A DNA stretch of 64,000 bases from the NCBI RefSeq assembly GCF_009914755.1, contig NC_060932.1; one strand, given 5' to 3'. The notes beneath the pieces were generated by a model, which made no database searches, was not told where the DNA came from, and saw only the letters and a list, made by a program, of their open reading frames with translations. A program made the translations under genes and the position numbers. The stretch is from the human T2T-CHM13v2.0 reference genome, Homo sapiens. Shown here one piece after another: positions 63,914 to 64,000 of the stretch; position 1 is the first letter of the stretch; the number at the start of each line of letters is the position of its first letter.

Positions 63914-64000
63914 GGCCGGGCGCAGTGGCTCACGCCTGTAATCCCAGCACTTTGGGAGGCTGAGGCAGGCGGATCACAAGGGTAGGAGATCGAGACCATC
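63914..64000 (+). mobile_element. Alu (cut by window end)
   Basis: ggccgggcgcagtggctcacgcctgtaatcccagcactttgggagg. Confidence 0.95.

Overview
This is primate (human-like) genomic DNA from inside the netrin receptor gene UNC5D on the + strand. Only two short coding exons are present: 8208-8351 (144 bp) and 35671-35774 (104 bp), probably exons 3 and 4, encoding Ig-domain sequence. The rest is intron filled with Alus, old L1M/L1PB/L2/MIR fragments, LTRs (MER4A-like, MLT1, THE1/MST), DNA-transposon relics and one ~5.9 kb 5'-truncated antisense L1PA. Most ORFs in the track are repeat-derived or chance. I see no new multi-gene system. The most notable signals are structural scars visible in the sequence: a ~270 bp ~95%-identical inverted duplication of largely non-repeat DNA, a 71-bp duplication flanking the L1PA, telomeric repeats replacing part of an LTR, a ~185 bp local templated duplication, and a younger L1 3' end nested in the L1PA without a TSD. 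Repeat subfamily calls come from recalled consensus sequences, and their boundaries are approximate.
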